From: a virus
Virus record (IMG/VR): IMGVR_UViG_2710723518_000006
Span: 1-62,124 of that record
DNA: 62,124 nucleotides
Direction: 5' to 3' (one strand)
The position numbers and the translations under genes are program-made. The notes under the pieces were generated by a model. It worked only from the letters and a program-made list of their open reading frames with translations. It was not told the DNA's origin and did not search any database. Shown here in pieces: positions 42,853-52,172 of the stretch (the stretch's first letter is position 1; each line of letters begins with the position of its first letter).

Positions 42853-44810
42853 TATGAAATACCTTTCACCAGATCAAGGTCAGTATCGGTTGTTGCCGTC
42901 TTCGTAGCGTGCGGCGTACTTCCGTCCGTGCGGTAAATCGTCAGCGTCGTTCCTGACAATGTCCAATGCAATGCAGCAAGGACAATTGTACAGAGTGAAT
43001 CTTCCGCAGCCGTCGCCTCGACATTCGACACGTTACGAATCAGCAAGGCGTCGGCGTTCTCGATTGCGGTTGGCAATGCCGCAATGTCCGTGATGATCGT
43101 CGTCTGATTCGCGGCCGTCGCGTAGTTGGCGGCCACGAGCGTCCTGGCTTCCATTTGTGCGTTTGTCGGCAAGGCGTCAATGAGCAGGTCAAGGCGTCCG
43201 CCGTCCGTCCAATCGCCCTGGAGTTCATTGGTGTCATTGTAGATATCGTTGACGATCTTGCCGAACGTCCCGACCGTCAAATGCGTTCCTGTGCTTTCGT
43301 CCCACACGGCATCGGCGATAGACGAATTGGACGGCAATGACGTGATCGCATCCCGAACCGCTTCGAGGCTGTCGCTGGTGTTGACGAAGCTGTCCCAGTC
43401 GGCTGGAGCTGTCTTGCTAGCGAGCTTGGCAAAAATGGAATCATTGGCAATGTCCGTGCCGGCAACGCTCGCAGATACCAAGTGGTCGAGCCCGTAGGTT
43501 TCGATCGCGGCATCGACTTCCGCTCTTACCTGAGCGGCCGACAGGTTGTTGAGAGCGGCGATACTTGCCGCTGTCGCCAAACCGACTTGAATTTCCGTCA
43601 CGGCGTCCGCCGCTAACGCCGATGCCGTCAAGGTGTTCACAGCCATCGCTCCCACGCTGGCGTCGATCCGGCCGGATACCAGAGCGGCCGGCAATCGCGA
43701 TTGAATATCCTGCGTGTCGGTCTCGATGGCGTCGGCCGTCGTCTGGCTCGCCCGGCTGCTGACCGTGGCATTGAGGTTGTCGCCGACGATCTTGCCAGCC
43801 GAGCCGGCCCCGTAAGCTCCTGGCAATGCCGTAATCCACGGATCGCCCGCTGAGCCGGCCGCTGCCAATGCTTCCGCCGTCGATCCGGCCGTGCCGCTGT
43901 GATCGGCGATCGCCTCCTCCCACACCTGATCGGCGATCGCTCCAGCCGTAATCGAGAACGTCGATGTGATCCATGCTGCGTCGCCGCGGTCGCGGATCGC
44001 TTCTTGGCTGTCCGTCGTGCTGGCGTAGGATCCCGCTCCGCTGCCAAGATCGGCGTTGAGAGTCGTCAACAATGCCGCAAGGTCCGTCGCCAAAGCCGCG
44101 TCCTTCCGAAGCGATACGCGAATCAGATTGAGCAGTTCCGTGTACGTCGGCGGATCGTAGGCGTTGAGGGCGTCGGTCACTTCGCTTTCGACTTCCGCAT
44201 CCCACGCGGCATTCCAGGGAACGGCCGTCAATCCTGCTCCGGCCGTTCCAATATCATCGGTTTGACCCTCGATATCGACAAGGTTCGCCCCGATCGTCGC
44301 ACCGCCTCCGAGGTCTACGATCGTGCCGAGCTTCGGTTGCATGTCCGCCGTGTCGGCCAAGATCGCATCCAGGTCCAGTCCGCCCGCGTCGCTGATCGGC
44401 AACCCGCCCGCGGCATCCGCCGCCGCGTTAGGCAGCGCCGTCAACCCAAGCCGAACGCCGTCGGCCGGATCATAGGCGACAATCGGATGGTAGTCGCCAA
44501 TCACAATCATGTCGGTGACGGTGCCAAACACGAGCACGCCGGTCACGCCAGCCGTGAAAGCAGCGTCAGGCAAGTCGATCCGATAGTAGCCGGCCCCGAT
44601 ATGCAACATTCCACCGTCCGAATGTGCGTCAGTCAGGGCCGACAGATCGGATTCCGTGATGCTGACGGCCACCGCACCCTCACGACGATACTTGAGGTCG
44701 AGGCCGGTCGTGGCCGACGTGACGCCCGTCTCCGGCAGGAACGTGGTCGAGTCGATGATACGGATGACCGTCGATTGGTCGGCCGTCCCGCCTTTTACTG
44801 CGCGTCCCAT
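42852..44810 (-). CDS. Tail fibre-like protein (Ala-rich, repetitive)
   Basis: 652 aa with long Ala/Thr/Asp-rich repeats, located in the fibre cluster. Confidence 0.55.
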   Translation of the reverse strand: MGRAVKGGTADQSTVIRIIDSTTFLPETGVTSATTGLDLKYRREGAVAVSITESDLSALTDAHSDGGMLHIGAGYYRIDLPDAAFTAGVTGVLVFGTVTDMIVIGDYHPIVAYDPADGVRLGLTALPNAAADAAGGLPISDAGGLDLDAILADTADMQPKLGTIVDLGGGATIGANLVDIEGQTDDIGTAGAGLTAVPWNAAWDAEVESEVTDALNAYDPPTYTELLNLIRVSLRKDAALATDLAALLTTLNADLGSGAGSYASTTDSQEAIRDRGDAAWITSTFSITAGAIADQVWEEAIADHSGTAGSTAEALAAAGSAGDPWITALPGAYGAGSAGKIVGDNLNATVSSRASQTTADAIETDTQDIQSRLPAALVSGRIDASVGAMAVNTLTASALAADAVTEIQVGLATAASIAALNNLSAAQVRAEVDAAIETYGLDHLVSASVAGTDIANDSIFAKLASKTAPADWDSFVNTSDSLEAVRDAITSLPSNSSIADAVWDESTGTHLTVGTFGKIVNDIYNDTNELQGDWTDGGRLDLLIDALPTNAQMEARTLVAANYATAANQTTIITDIAALPTAIENADALLIRNVSNVEATAAEDSLCTIVLAALHWTLSGTTLTIYRTDGSTPHATKTATTDTDLDLVKGIS

Positions 44811-44909
44811 TTACCCGACCTCCGACACGTACAGATCGAACAGCAGCATGGGCGAGCCAGCAGGAGCGGCCGCAATCGGTGCCACGACGAACACCCAGAA
44901 CGTCTCCAT
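44811..44909 (-). CDS. 32-aa hydrophobic micro-ORF
   Basis: Hand translation: METFWVFVVAPIAAAPAGSPMLLFDLYVSEVG. It exactly fills the gap and overlaps both neighbours. Confidence 0.3.
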   Translation of the reverse strand: METFWVFVVAPIAAAPAGSPMLLFDLYVSEVG

Positions 44910-44910
44910 A

Positions 44911-45672
44911 TCACGCCCTCAACTTGTACAGTTCGTCGCCGTGCAAGTACAGTTCGTTGACCCACGCCGTCGTCGGGATGCGGTTATACCACCGCACGTC
45001 CCAGATCGTGCCGTCCCATGACGCGGCCGAATATAGCCCGTCGATCTGCACCTGGCCGATCGTCAGATGTTTCGGCGCCGTCACGACCGCGGCCCCGTAC
45101 CAGATCCCCGAATTGGCAACGCTCGTGGTGAGCGTCTCAGCATGGCCGTTGACCCAAATGGCCCAGCCGTTCGCCGCTCCCGTCGCTGATGCGACTACGT
45201 GATAGACGTTGCCGGCCGTCATCACGGTGTCGCCTGTCACTGACGGCAGGCTACTTGTGTTTTGGTCCCGTTTGCGAATCTGAACCTTTCCGGTCGTCAG
45301 CGCGTGTAGCTGGAGAAATCCGCCGTTGCCTGTATCGGCCGCTCCGCCGAACCCAATCAATTGGATCTGTGCAGCCAACGAATCCGGTATGCACCATAAT
45401 GAAACGCAGCCGGACGTAGCTGCGTGGAGCGTTGGCAACGCCACGTCGATTCGCTCGTTCGACGTAGCGACGAACTCTGCCCCGAATCCCGCCGGCGTCT
45501 TGCGCCAACCGTGTGTCGTGCCCGTCCCAATCGACCCGCGTGGGTAGCCGTTCGTTATCTTCCCGCTCCCCTCGTTGAGCGGAAACGCGACTACTAGCCC
45601 GCCCGGCATCCCCTGCGTCGGATGATGGGCGTTTATCATCGGCAGCCGCGGGCGAGGAACGTGGTACGTCAT
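44911..45672 (-). CDS. LamG/concanavalin-like lectin-domain tail protein
   Basis: The pattern ...CVSLWCIPDS...NVYHVVASATGAANGWAIWVNG...WDGTIWDVRWYNR is typical of Laminin_G_3 domains. Confidence 0.6.
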   Translation of the reverse strand: MTYHVPRPRLPMINAHHPTQGMPGGLVVAFPLNEGSGKITNGYPRGSIGTGTTHGWRKTPAGFGAEFVATSNERIDVALPTLHAATSGCVSLWCIPDSLAAQIQLIGFGGAADTGNGGFLQLHALTTGKVQIRKRDQNTSSLPSVTGDTVMTAGNVYHVVASATGAANGWAIWVNGHAETLTTSVANSGIWYGAAVVTAPKHLTIGQVQIDGLYSAASWDGTIWDVRWYNRIPTTAWVNELYLHGDELYKLRA

Positions 45673-46058
45673 GTCACCGTCACTACGGATTGTCGGTAAT
45701 TCACTGTCGCGGTCACATCCTGCGCTCCCGGATTCGCGACCAGAATCTCAAACTTCCGAACCTCAAAAGCGTCGACCGGAATCGTGATCCCGGCCAGGTT
45801 GCCGGCATCAAGCGGAACAACATAGTGATCCGGGTTGTCGTTCACGTCTTGGTACGCGGAGCCGCTATGCCGCAACAGGTACACGTCCACATCAAGGTCC
45901 GACGACGCATGGAACGTGATCTCTACTAACACCTCCGCCGACATTTTGCTGTTGTTGTCGATCTCGCCCGTCGTGGCCGTGCCGCCGCCGCTCGTCACGG
46001 TCGACGCGGCAATGCTGGTCGTTTGGTCGGTGCCCCATGTGGTCGTGGCCGTGCTCAA
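45669..46058 (-). CDS. Beta-sandwich fibre-module protein, paralog of the N-terminus of 46380-47543
   Basis: TTG start after SD GAGGAGG. It shares YLLxHSGxAYQDVxDNP and VTATVNYR with the larger gene. Confidence 0.5.
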   Translation of the reverse strand: MSTATTTWGTDQTTSIAASTVTSGGGTATTGEIDNNSKMSAEVLVEITFHASSDLDVDVYLLRHSGSAYQDVNDNPDHYVVPLDAGNLAGITIPVDAFEVRKFEILVANPGAQDVTATVNYRQSVVTVT

Positions 46059-46387
46059 GCGTCGTCCTCCTCGGGGTCGACGCCAAAGCCGGCTAGAATC
46101 GTCTTGGCTCGCCGGGGATGAGTTATGATCCAGTCGAGCATCACTTCATTGACGAACGCCGTGCGGATCGCTGCCGCCTGTCCCGTCGCCTGGATGGCGT
46201 CAATGATCTGTTGCCGCGTCCGTTGGCGTTTGGGAGTGACGGCCAACAACTCCGCCTCCGTAGGTTGGGGACCAACGTCGGGAGGCCAGTAGGCAATTTC
46301 ATTATTGGCAAGGACGACCACACCAGGTGCCTGAATCGGCCCGACGGTGAATCCAAGCGACTGTAATCGCGCGGCCAGTTTATCCAT
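46055..46387 (-). CDS. Hypothetical protein (fibre-assembly candidate by position)
   Basis: 110-aa ORF between two fibre-module genes. Confidence 0.45.
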   Translation of the reverse strand: MDKLAARLQSLGFTVGPIQAPGVVVLANNEIAYWPPDVGPQPTEAELLAVTPKRQRTRQQIIDAIQATGQAAAIRTAFVNEVMLDWIITHPRRAKTILAGFGVDPEEDDA

Positions 46388-47543
46388 GACCTAGCCACCT
46401 TGCTGTGAAATAGGATACAACTGCCCCGCCGACTACCGTTACTGTGCCTGACGCCACGTTGCCATATGTGATCGCATGGAGGTAATCGGATTTGACGAGT
46501 GACATCGTGGCATCCACCGCCCCGTATCCATTCGCTGATCCAACCACAATTAGCGGTGATTGCCGCGTTGGTCCGCCGCTGCTCGTATTGAGCCACAGGC
46601 CGGCCCACCCTTCCGTTAGCGTTGTGCCTGCGATATTTACCTGATGCCTGATTTGCCACGATCCGGGCCGATTTGCCGTAAAACGATAGTTTGTTGCCGC
46701 ATCGAATATCGCAAATGGATCTGTGCCTGGGTCAGTAGAATCATCGTTGTATTCAACTTTCGTCCAAGTCACGTCGGAGATGCCTGTCTGATTTACGCTA
46801 TTTCGGTGAGCAAAAAATTCGGGATACACGAGCGACTCGAACGAGTTCCAAATCCCGCCGCCCACCTGCATCACCGCCGATTCGTCAGGGATGTAGCTGC
46901 GGGTCAGGTTTGTCCCGATCGTCTCCGAGCCGTTGCCGTCGATCGTGATTAGTACGCCAGCGTTTTGATTGAAAATAAACTCGATTGCCTTTTGGTCATT
47001 GCTGCTGACGGCCGGCAGTGTGATTGTGTAATCGCTCGACCCCGTGCAGACGTGCCGCTTGCCGAACGCAGAAGACGTGAGCGTCGTTGCCCCCGTGATC
47101 GACACGTCAGCATTGATGAGCGTCGCCAGCATGTCCCCGGCCGTCGCCGCGCTCGTATCGGTGGAATTGACCGTGGATGTTCGGTAATTGACCGTCGCCG
47201 TGACCGTCGCACCGCTGTTATTCGTCAGGTGGACTTTGTACTTTCCCGCCGCTAGCCCGGTGACGGTCCACGAAAAATCATGCGTGCCCGAGACGGAGTA
47301 AGGAAGCTCAATCGCCGGCGGGTTGTCGGACACGTCTTGATATGCCGTGCCAGAATGATGGAGCAGATACGCCTTGACGCCCTGCGTCGCCGTGCCGCCG
47401 TAGACGATCTGGAAGCCGAACTCGATGGATGCTGCGTCGCCGCTGATCTCGCCAGTTGTGTCTGTCGCTGTGTTCGCGATCGACGACGCGGCGATCGACG
47501 TAGCGTTGTCGGCGGACCATGCGGAAGCGTACTCGATTGTCAT
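46380..47543 (-). CDS. Tail fibre/receptor-binding candidate
   Basis: 387 aa. The N-terminal domain is duplicated in 45669-46058. Confidence 0.5.
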   Translation of the reverse strand: MTIEYASAWSADNATSIAASSIANTATDTTGEISGDAASIEFGFQIVYGGTATQGVKAYLLHHSGTAYQDVSDNPPAIELPYSVSGTHDFSWTVTGLAAGKYKVHLTNNSGATVTATVNYRTSTVNSTDTSAATAGDMLATLINADVSITGATTLTSSAFGKRHVCTGSSDYTITLPAVSSNDQKAIEFIFNQNAGVLITIDGNGSETIGTNLTRSYIPDESAVMQVGGGIWNSFESLVYPEFFAHRNSVNQTGISDVTWTKVEYNDDSTDPGTDPFAIFDAATNYRFTANRPGSWQIRHQVNIAGTTLTEGWAGLWLNTSSGGPTRQSPLIVVGSANGYGAVDATMSLVKSDYLHAITYGNVASGTVTVVGGAVVSYFTARWLGHG

Positions 47544-47770
47544 TCGTCCGCCTCCGACTCGTCAATCCACACGCCAACTCGCCGCAAACTGTGCTCGAAG
47601 CTGGCCCGGTACGTCCCGACGGTTGCGTCCATCGTGTAGGACGTTGCGACGTTCACCGCCCGCACGCCGCCGACCGCGTTTACCGTCACCTGCCACGTCT
47701 CGCCCGTGTGGGCGCGGAGCCAAGCTGCGATGACGGCGGAGTTGCTAGCATGCGGGTATTTTCGACTCAT
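47540..47770 (-). CDS. Hypothetical protein
   Basis: ATGA overlaps at both ends. Confidence 0.45.
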   Translation of the reverse strand: MSRKYPHASNSAVIAAWLRAHTGETWQVTVNAVGGVRAVNVATSYTMDATVGTYRASFEHSLRRVGVWIDESEADE

Positions 47771-47913
47771 CGCCAGTACGCCCCCCACATGAGCAGCCCG
47801 ACCAACGCCACGGCCAGCCCGATCCAAATGGCGAAGTCCCACCAGTACGGGCCGCGCGGTTGCGGAGCGGGAGCGGGCGGGCGATAGCGTGGTTGGTAGC
47901 TGTTCATTTCCAT
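47767..47913 (-). CDS. 48-aa membrane micro-protein
   Basis: MEMNSYQPRYRPPAPAPQPRGPYWWDFAIWIGLAVALVGLLMWGAYWR. Confidence 0.4.
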   Translation of the reverse strand: MEMNSYQPRYRPPAPAPQPRGPYWWDFAIWIGLAVALVGLLMWGAYWR

Positions 47914-47981
47914 GCGTCCCGGATCGCCATGATCGACAGCGTTATGACCACGGCAATGCCGGCCAAAAGAATGTCGGTCAT
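47904..47981 (-). CDS. 25-aa membrane micro-ORF
   Basis: Hand translation: MTDILLAGIAVVITLSIMAIRDAWK. ATGA overlap with the upstream stop. Confidence 0.3.
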   Translation of the reverse strand: MTDILLAGIAVVITLSIMAIRDAWK

Positions 47982-48244
47982 TTACCGTCGCACTCCTGTA
48001 TTGCCGCAACCGACTTAGCATGTTTCGCGATAAGAGCCTTTGCCCCTTCGAGCGAAGATGCGAACATGATGGCTTCCGGGGCCGGTTCGCCTCGACGATC
48101 GAACCGAAGCATTTTCGTTTGCCCCCAATCCGATTTGTACAGGTGAAACGAACATTTCGGCGATCGCGTCTCGACACAGAAACCAGCCTCAACTACCGCA
48201 GCGATCTGCTCACAGAGACCTTGCAGGTTTACAGACTTCGCCAT
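47978..48244 (-). CDS. Hypothetical protein
   Basis: ATG at 48244 after a purine-rich SD. Confidence 0.5.
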   Translation of the reverse strand: MAKSVNLQGLCEQIAAVVEAGFCVETRSPKCSFHLYKSDWGQTKMLRFDRRGEPAPEAIMFASSLEGAKALIAKHAKSVAAIQECDGK

Positions 48245-48295
48245 ACTTCCACCACCACGAGAGACGCCAAACGAGATAGAGCAGGCCGACGCGGG

Positions 48296-48664
48296 TCATT
48301 CCATCGACGGTTCCACGTACAGCGTCACGTTCAGCCGGACCGCAATAGCCGTCGCGCGGTAAATGTGCTGTGCCTCTTTCTCCTTGTCTTTCACGAGCAA
48401 CAGCACGGCCGGCTTCTTTCCAGTCACGATCGAGTACCACGTCGCTTGCCCGAACGCTTCGTAATGTTTGTGGCTCCAGTCCGCCTCGATGGCGTACTCG
48501 TCGTTGAGCAGATCAACCCGCGTGCCGTCCCACAGGCGATGCTCCGCTACCGCGTGATACTTCGGCGCCAGCCGGCGACACGCGGCCAGTTCGTCCTCCG
48601 CCTGGAGCGGTTGCTGAACGAACCACAGGATTACGCCGGCGATCATGGCAACGTGAAACGGCAT
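48296..48664 (-). CDS. Hypothetical protein with N-terminal hydrophobic segment
   Basis: SD GGAGG then ATG at 48664: MPFHVAMIAGVILWFVQQPL. Confidence 0.45.
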   Translation of the reverse strand: MPFHVAMIAGVILWFVQQPLQAEDELAACRRLAPKYHAVAEHRLWDGTRVDLLNDEYAIEADWSHKHYEAFGQATWYSIVTGKKPAVLLLVKDKEKEAQHIYRATAIAVRLNVTLYVEPSME

Positions 48665-48665
48665 G

Positions 48666-49031
48666 TCACGGCCTCCGCCCGAACAACGCCCGGCCCAGCG
48701 CATGCAACGGTCCCCGTCTCCGGGCCGTCCCGTCCGCGCGAATCGCCCCGTAGTACGCCGGGTAGCCGGCCGCGTTCATCAACACGGGCGCCGATGAGTA
48801 GGTGTAGACGACCGGCTCGGCTAGCGAATACTCGACCGTCGGCGTGAACGACCACACGGCCGGCTGTGCTTCCATGATGACACCGGTTGCCGGCACAAAG
48901 GAGAACACGTCCACGAGCCGGCAACGGCCGCCCTCGCAAATCGAGACGTATCCGGCAGGTGTTGCAAATTGTGCAACAAGTGGCGAGACGAGCAGCAGCA
49001 ACGCGACGCAAACGAACAATGCACGTTTCAT
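48666..49031 (-). CDS. Secreted small protein (signal peptide)
   Basis: MKRALFVCVALLLLVSPLVAQ. Confidence 0.5.
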   Translation of the reverse strand: MKRALFVCVALLLLVSPLVAQFATPAGYVSICEGGRCRLVDVFSFVPATGVIMEAQPAVWSFTPTVEYSLAEPVVYTYSSAPVLMNAAGYPAYYGAIRADGTARRRGPLHALGRALFGRRP

Positions 49032-49039
49032 CTCTTCCC

Positions 49040-49972
49040 TCACACAAAGTCCCAAAGTTGTTCCGGGAACCCCTCGAATTGGCTATAGGCGAACGAATCA
49101 TTCTGCCGCAGCATGTAGTCGGCCACGTCAGCATCGACCCAGAACCCTCCGGGTGGCTCGTCTCCAGCCGGCGGACCGTGCGCATCCGCACTCCAACTAT
49201 TTTGGCAGTAGACTGCCGGCCGTTGGGGATCATCATCCACGCCGATGAACGTCATGGCATGGTGCCACGTCCCACGCGGCACGCCGAACTTCTTTCCCGC
49301 CTTGCGGTCAAGCTGTGGGTCCATCGTAAAGCCACGATCGGAGCAGACGCCGACTGGATAGCCATTCGCTAGTGCGTCGCGGGCCTGCGTATAGCTCTGG
49401 ACAGGCGCTGCCGACTTGATCGGGTGCAATTTGCCAAGCTCAATCCATTTGTCCTCAATACGAGCACCGTCGGACCACTTCATTTCAACTTCCGCGCCCC
49501 ATGTCAGTCCGCTGTCGCCGCCCGAAGGTTGCGGCAATCCGGACAGGTCGGAGCGAATCACGCCATCCTGTACGATCGCTTTCGCCTGACCTGATCCGGT
49601 CGACCCTTCGCCCCGGCCGCGAATACCACTATGCAGCCGCCCACGGCCGTAGCCATAGGGCATGAAAATCGGGTGGAACTGTTCCGCGTCGCCGTTGGCG
49701 ATCTCGACGACCGCCACATAGTCCACGACGTTCTTTCCCATTTCGCCCACGCAGCAACCGGACTTTTGCAACAGCGTCGGCAAGTGCTTACCAAGCACCT
49801 GCTTCGCCGCATCCCACAAGACGACCCGCTTGCGGTCCGTCTCCTGCGTCTGGCCGAAAATGAAGAAACGCGGCATCGACGACAAGATGCTCTCGCACAT
49901 GCGGCGCACGGCCAGCGATCGCTGATCCGGCGGAACCCATCCCATGCGTGCGTTCGTCGGCGTTACTGGCAT
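49040..49972 (-). CDS. Papain-like (C1-type) cysteine peptidase; endolysin candidate by context
   Basis: QKSGCCVGEMG (Gln-x4-Cys), GTWHHAMTFIGVDD (His), CQNSWS (Asn-Ser-Trp). Confidence 0.65.
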   Translation of the reverse strand: MPVTPTNARMGWVPPDQRSLAVRRMCESILSSMPRFFIFGQTQETDRKRVVLWDAAKQVLGKHLPTLLQKSGCCVGEMGKNVVDYVAVVEIANGDAEQFHPIFMPYGYGRGRLHSGIRGRGEGSTGSGQAKAIVQDGVIRSDLSGLPQPSGGDSGLTWGAEVEMKWSDGARIEDKWIELGKLHPIKSAAPVQSYTQARDALANGYPVGVCSDRGFTMDPQLDRKAGKKFGVPRGTWHHAMTFIGVDDDPQRPAVYCQNSWSADAHGPPAGDEPPGGFWVDADVADYMLRQNDSFAYSQFEGFPEQLWDFV

Positions 49973-50541
49973 CGCTTCAGCCCCTCCGCGATCTGTTCCC
50001 AGGCCTTGACTTGCTGTTCCACCGTCCGCACTTCGCCGCGGAGGTAGCCGGCCGCGAGCGTCTTTTCCCACTCCTGCCATGCGGCCGACAGTCCAAGCGG
50101 GGCGAGCCGCTCCTTCGTCGTGGCCGACATCTCCTCTCGCGTCGGCGGCGTCCCTGCCGCTATTGCCGCCTGGACGCTCCTGGCGACCGACGCGAAGACT
50201 TCTGCCGCTTCAGGCGTCTTGTCCAGTTTCAACCGCTCCGCCTCATCGCACGCGAGCTTTGCCAACCCGGTCAGTTCCGGTTGCGGCGGCGGTACGGGCG
50301 GAGCGGGCGGCCGAGGCGGAACCGGAACCGGAGCGGGACCAGGCCCAGGGGATGGAGGTACTGGTCCCGGCTCCGGCGGTCCCGGTAGCGGGACGGGTGC
50401 GACGTGATCGACATTGGAAAGGCGAACATCGACCTGGAGCCAGCCTCCGTACAGCAGCAGACACGCGACGGCGGCGGCGAGCGTGGGACGCCAGTTCAGG
50501 CCGGCGATGGATTTCAGCAGGTTACGCCAGTCGTCGTGCAT
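49963..50541 (-). CDS. Membrane-anchored protein with a long proline-rich linker (spanin-like or anchor candidate)
   Basis: ATG at 50541. TM segment PTLAAAVACLLLYGGWL, then PVPLPGPPEPGPVPPSPGPGPAPVPVPPRPPAPPVPPPQP. Confidence 0.5.
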   Translation of the reverse strand: MHDDWRNLLKSIAGLNWRPTLAAAVACLLLYGGWLQVDVRLSNVDHVAPVPLPGPPEPGPVPPSPGPGPAPVPVPPRPPAPPVPPPQPELTGLAKLACDEAERLKLDKTPEAAEVFASVARSVQAAIAAGTPPTREEMSATTKERLAPLGLSAAWQEWEKTLAAGYLRGEVRTVEQQVKAWEQIAEGLKRCQ

Positions 50542-50623
50542 GTTGTCCCCCTGACCCCGCGTAAACCGCCGACCGACCGGCCACAGCAGGCCACGCCCCC
50601 GCGACCGGCCGGCCAGCAGTAGA

Positions 50624-50971
50624 TCACCCGAGTTCGTCACGCAGATTGTCAATCAACTTGTTGACGAGCCACGACAGAAACGCGCTCATCAGCACCGGCC
50701 CCAACGGAAAGAAGCCGTAGACCGGCCCCTCCGGCGTCGTCACGCGGGCGATCAGGTCGCACGCGGCATCGTCGTCCAGCGGATCGCACGGACATGCGGC
50801 GGACGCGGCCATGAGCCGTCCCGGCTCGCCGAACACCTGTCCCTGCACGTAGCCCTGGACGTGCCAGATCGACGCAGCGAACAGTTGCCGCTCGGAGGCG
50901 ATCGTTTTGTTTTTGACGATACGGTAAATCGTCTGGAGTTCGGCGAGCGGCATTTCGGTTGGGTAGGTCAT
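50624..50971 (-). CDS. Hypothetical protein with C-terminal hydrophobic helix
   Basis: ATGA overlap with the upstream gene. Confidence 0.45.
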   Translation of the reverse strand: MTYPTEMPLAELQTIYRIVKNKTIASERQLFAASIWHVQGYVQGQVFGEPGRLMAASAACPCDPLDDDAACDLIARVTTPEGPVYGFFPLGPVLMSAFLSWLVNKLIDNLRDELG

Positions 50972-51348
50972 GGCGTGCGTTCCCCTTGTTTGACAAGCTG
51001 CTGGAGTGAGCGGTTGAGTTCTTTTGTCGTCTCGATCGCCTGGTCATACTGGGTGAATTGCTTCTCGACGACGCGAGCATGGGCCTCGATCATCGCCTTG
51101 TTGTCGCTGGCGATCTTCTCGTAGCCGGATTGGATCTGCTGAAGGTGGGCCGGGACGGCGGTCCGCATGGCGTAGTCGGCAAAATAGTAGATGCCGTAGA
51201 GAATCCCGCACAAGACGACGAACGAAGGACCTTGTTTGATTGCGGCTGAAAGGAGTTCGGCTTTGAGCGAGCCGTTGCCGTTGGATGTGGTTGCTTCGGC
51301 GGTCAATGTAGGCACCCTCCCCTTGCGATTTAGGGGAGCAGGTGCCAT
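50968..51348 (-). CDS. Single-pass membrane protein (holin candidate by context)
   Basis: TM segment GPSFVVLCGILYGIYYFADYA. Confidence 0.4.
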   Translation of the reverse strand: MAPAPLNRKGRVPTLTAEATTSNGNGSLKAELLSAAIKQGPSFVVLCGILYGIYYFADYAMRTAVPAHLQQIQSGYEKIASDNKAMIEAHARVVEKQFTQYDQAIETTKELNRSLQQLVKQGERTP

Positions 51349-51405
51349 AGCGGCGGCGACAGATCGGGCAACGTGGCCCGCTTCGCCCTGCTCACGCGAT
51401 TTAAT

Positions 51406-51651
51406 CTACGGACCAGGGCGGCGGCATGTCAAGAGGATTTTTGCAGCAGTCGGGTCGGCCGGCGCTAGGTGCATCCCAAGCACCGCCGCCAATTTGCCGG
51501 CGACTGACAGGTTGATGTCACCGTCGCCGTTGGCGAATTTATATACCACCGGATTCGCGACGCCGGCCCGTTTGGCGATCTCGTATCGGGAGAGATCGCT
51601 GGCCGCGATGGCGGCGCGGAGTTGGTCGGAAATGGTAGGTGGTAATTTCAT
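51406..51651 (-). CDS. XRE/Cro-type HTH transcriptional regulator
   Basis: MKLPPTISDQLRAAIAASDLSRYEIAKRAGVANPVVYKFANGDGDINLSVAGKLAAVLG. Confidence 0.7.
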   Translation of the reverse strand: MKLPPTISDQLRAAIAASDLSRYEIAKRAGVANPVVYKFANGDGDINLSVAGKLAAVLGMHLAPADPTAAKILLTCRRPGP

Positions 51652-51717
51652 CCCTCTTCCCCTTCTCTCTCCAACTCCCATCGCCCCCGCGAGTGCAGGG
51701 GCGTTCGGGAGGGGATG

Positions 51718-52044
51718 TTAGGTTGTCGGCAACGGGAACGGCGACTCGACGCAGTACGACGGCGATGGTAGTGATGGATCATGATGGTGCTTCAGACTCA
51801 ATTGTTCGATGATACGCGATTCGAATTGGTCGATGTTCTCGCCGTTCCGCCGGTCCGCACTTACTAATTGATCGACGTTCACCGGCTCGCGCCGCAGACC
51901 GATGACGGCGTTGCAGTATCGCCCCCCCTGTCGTCGATAAACGGCCCACCAGCCGTCGCCGGTCGGTTCCGCCGTGAGGCTATTGCTCCGGATCGTCAAC
52001 GGTCCATGACACGAATCATGGCGATATACGTTCCAATCGCTCAT
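51718..52044 (-). CDS. Hypothetical protein
   Basis: ATG at 52044 after a purine-rich SD. It is the first gene after the promoter at 52107-52135. Confidence 0.45.
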   Translation of the reverse strand: MSDWNVYRHDSCHGPLTIRSNSLTAEPTGDGWWAVYRRQGGRYCNAVIGLRREPVNVDQLVSADRRNGENIDQFESRIIEQLSLKHHHDPSLPSPSYCVESPFPLPTT

Positions 52045-52106
52045 CGTCTCTTCCCCTTCTCTCTCGTTCCCATCTTCGTGGCCGCGTCCCCCGCGTCCAC
52101 ACCTAT

Positions 52107-52135
52107 ATACTATCACGCGATCGCTAGTGTGTCAA
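52107..52135 (-). promoter_or_regulatory. Near-consensus sigma70-type promoter TTGACA-N17-TAGTAT with a GCGATCGC palindrome in the spacer
   Basis: The minus strand reads accacTTGACAcactagcgatcgcgtgaTAGTATatagg in a 128-bp gap. Confidence 0.5.
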
Positions 52136-52172
52136 GTGGTCGAGAGATAATTTGGGGAATCTTTTTGCGAGG

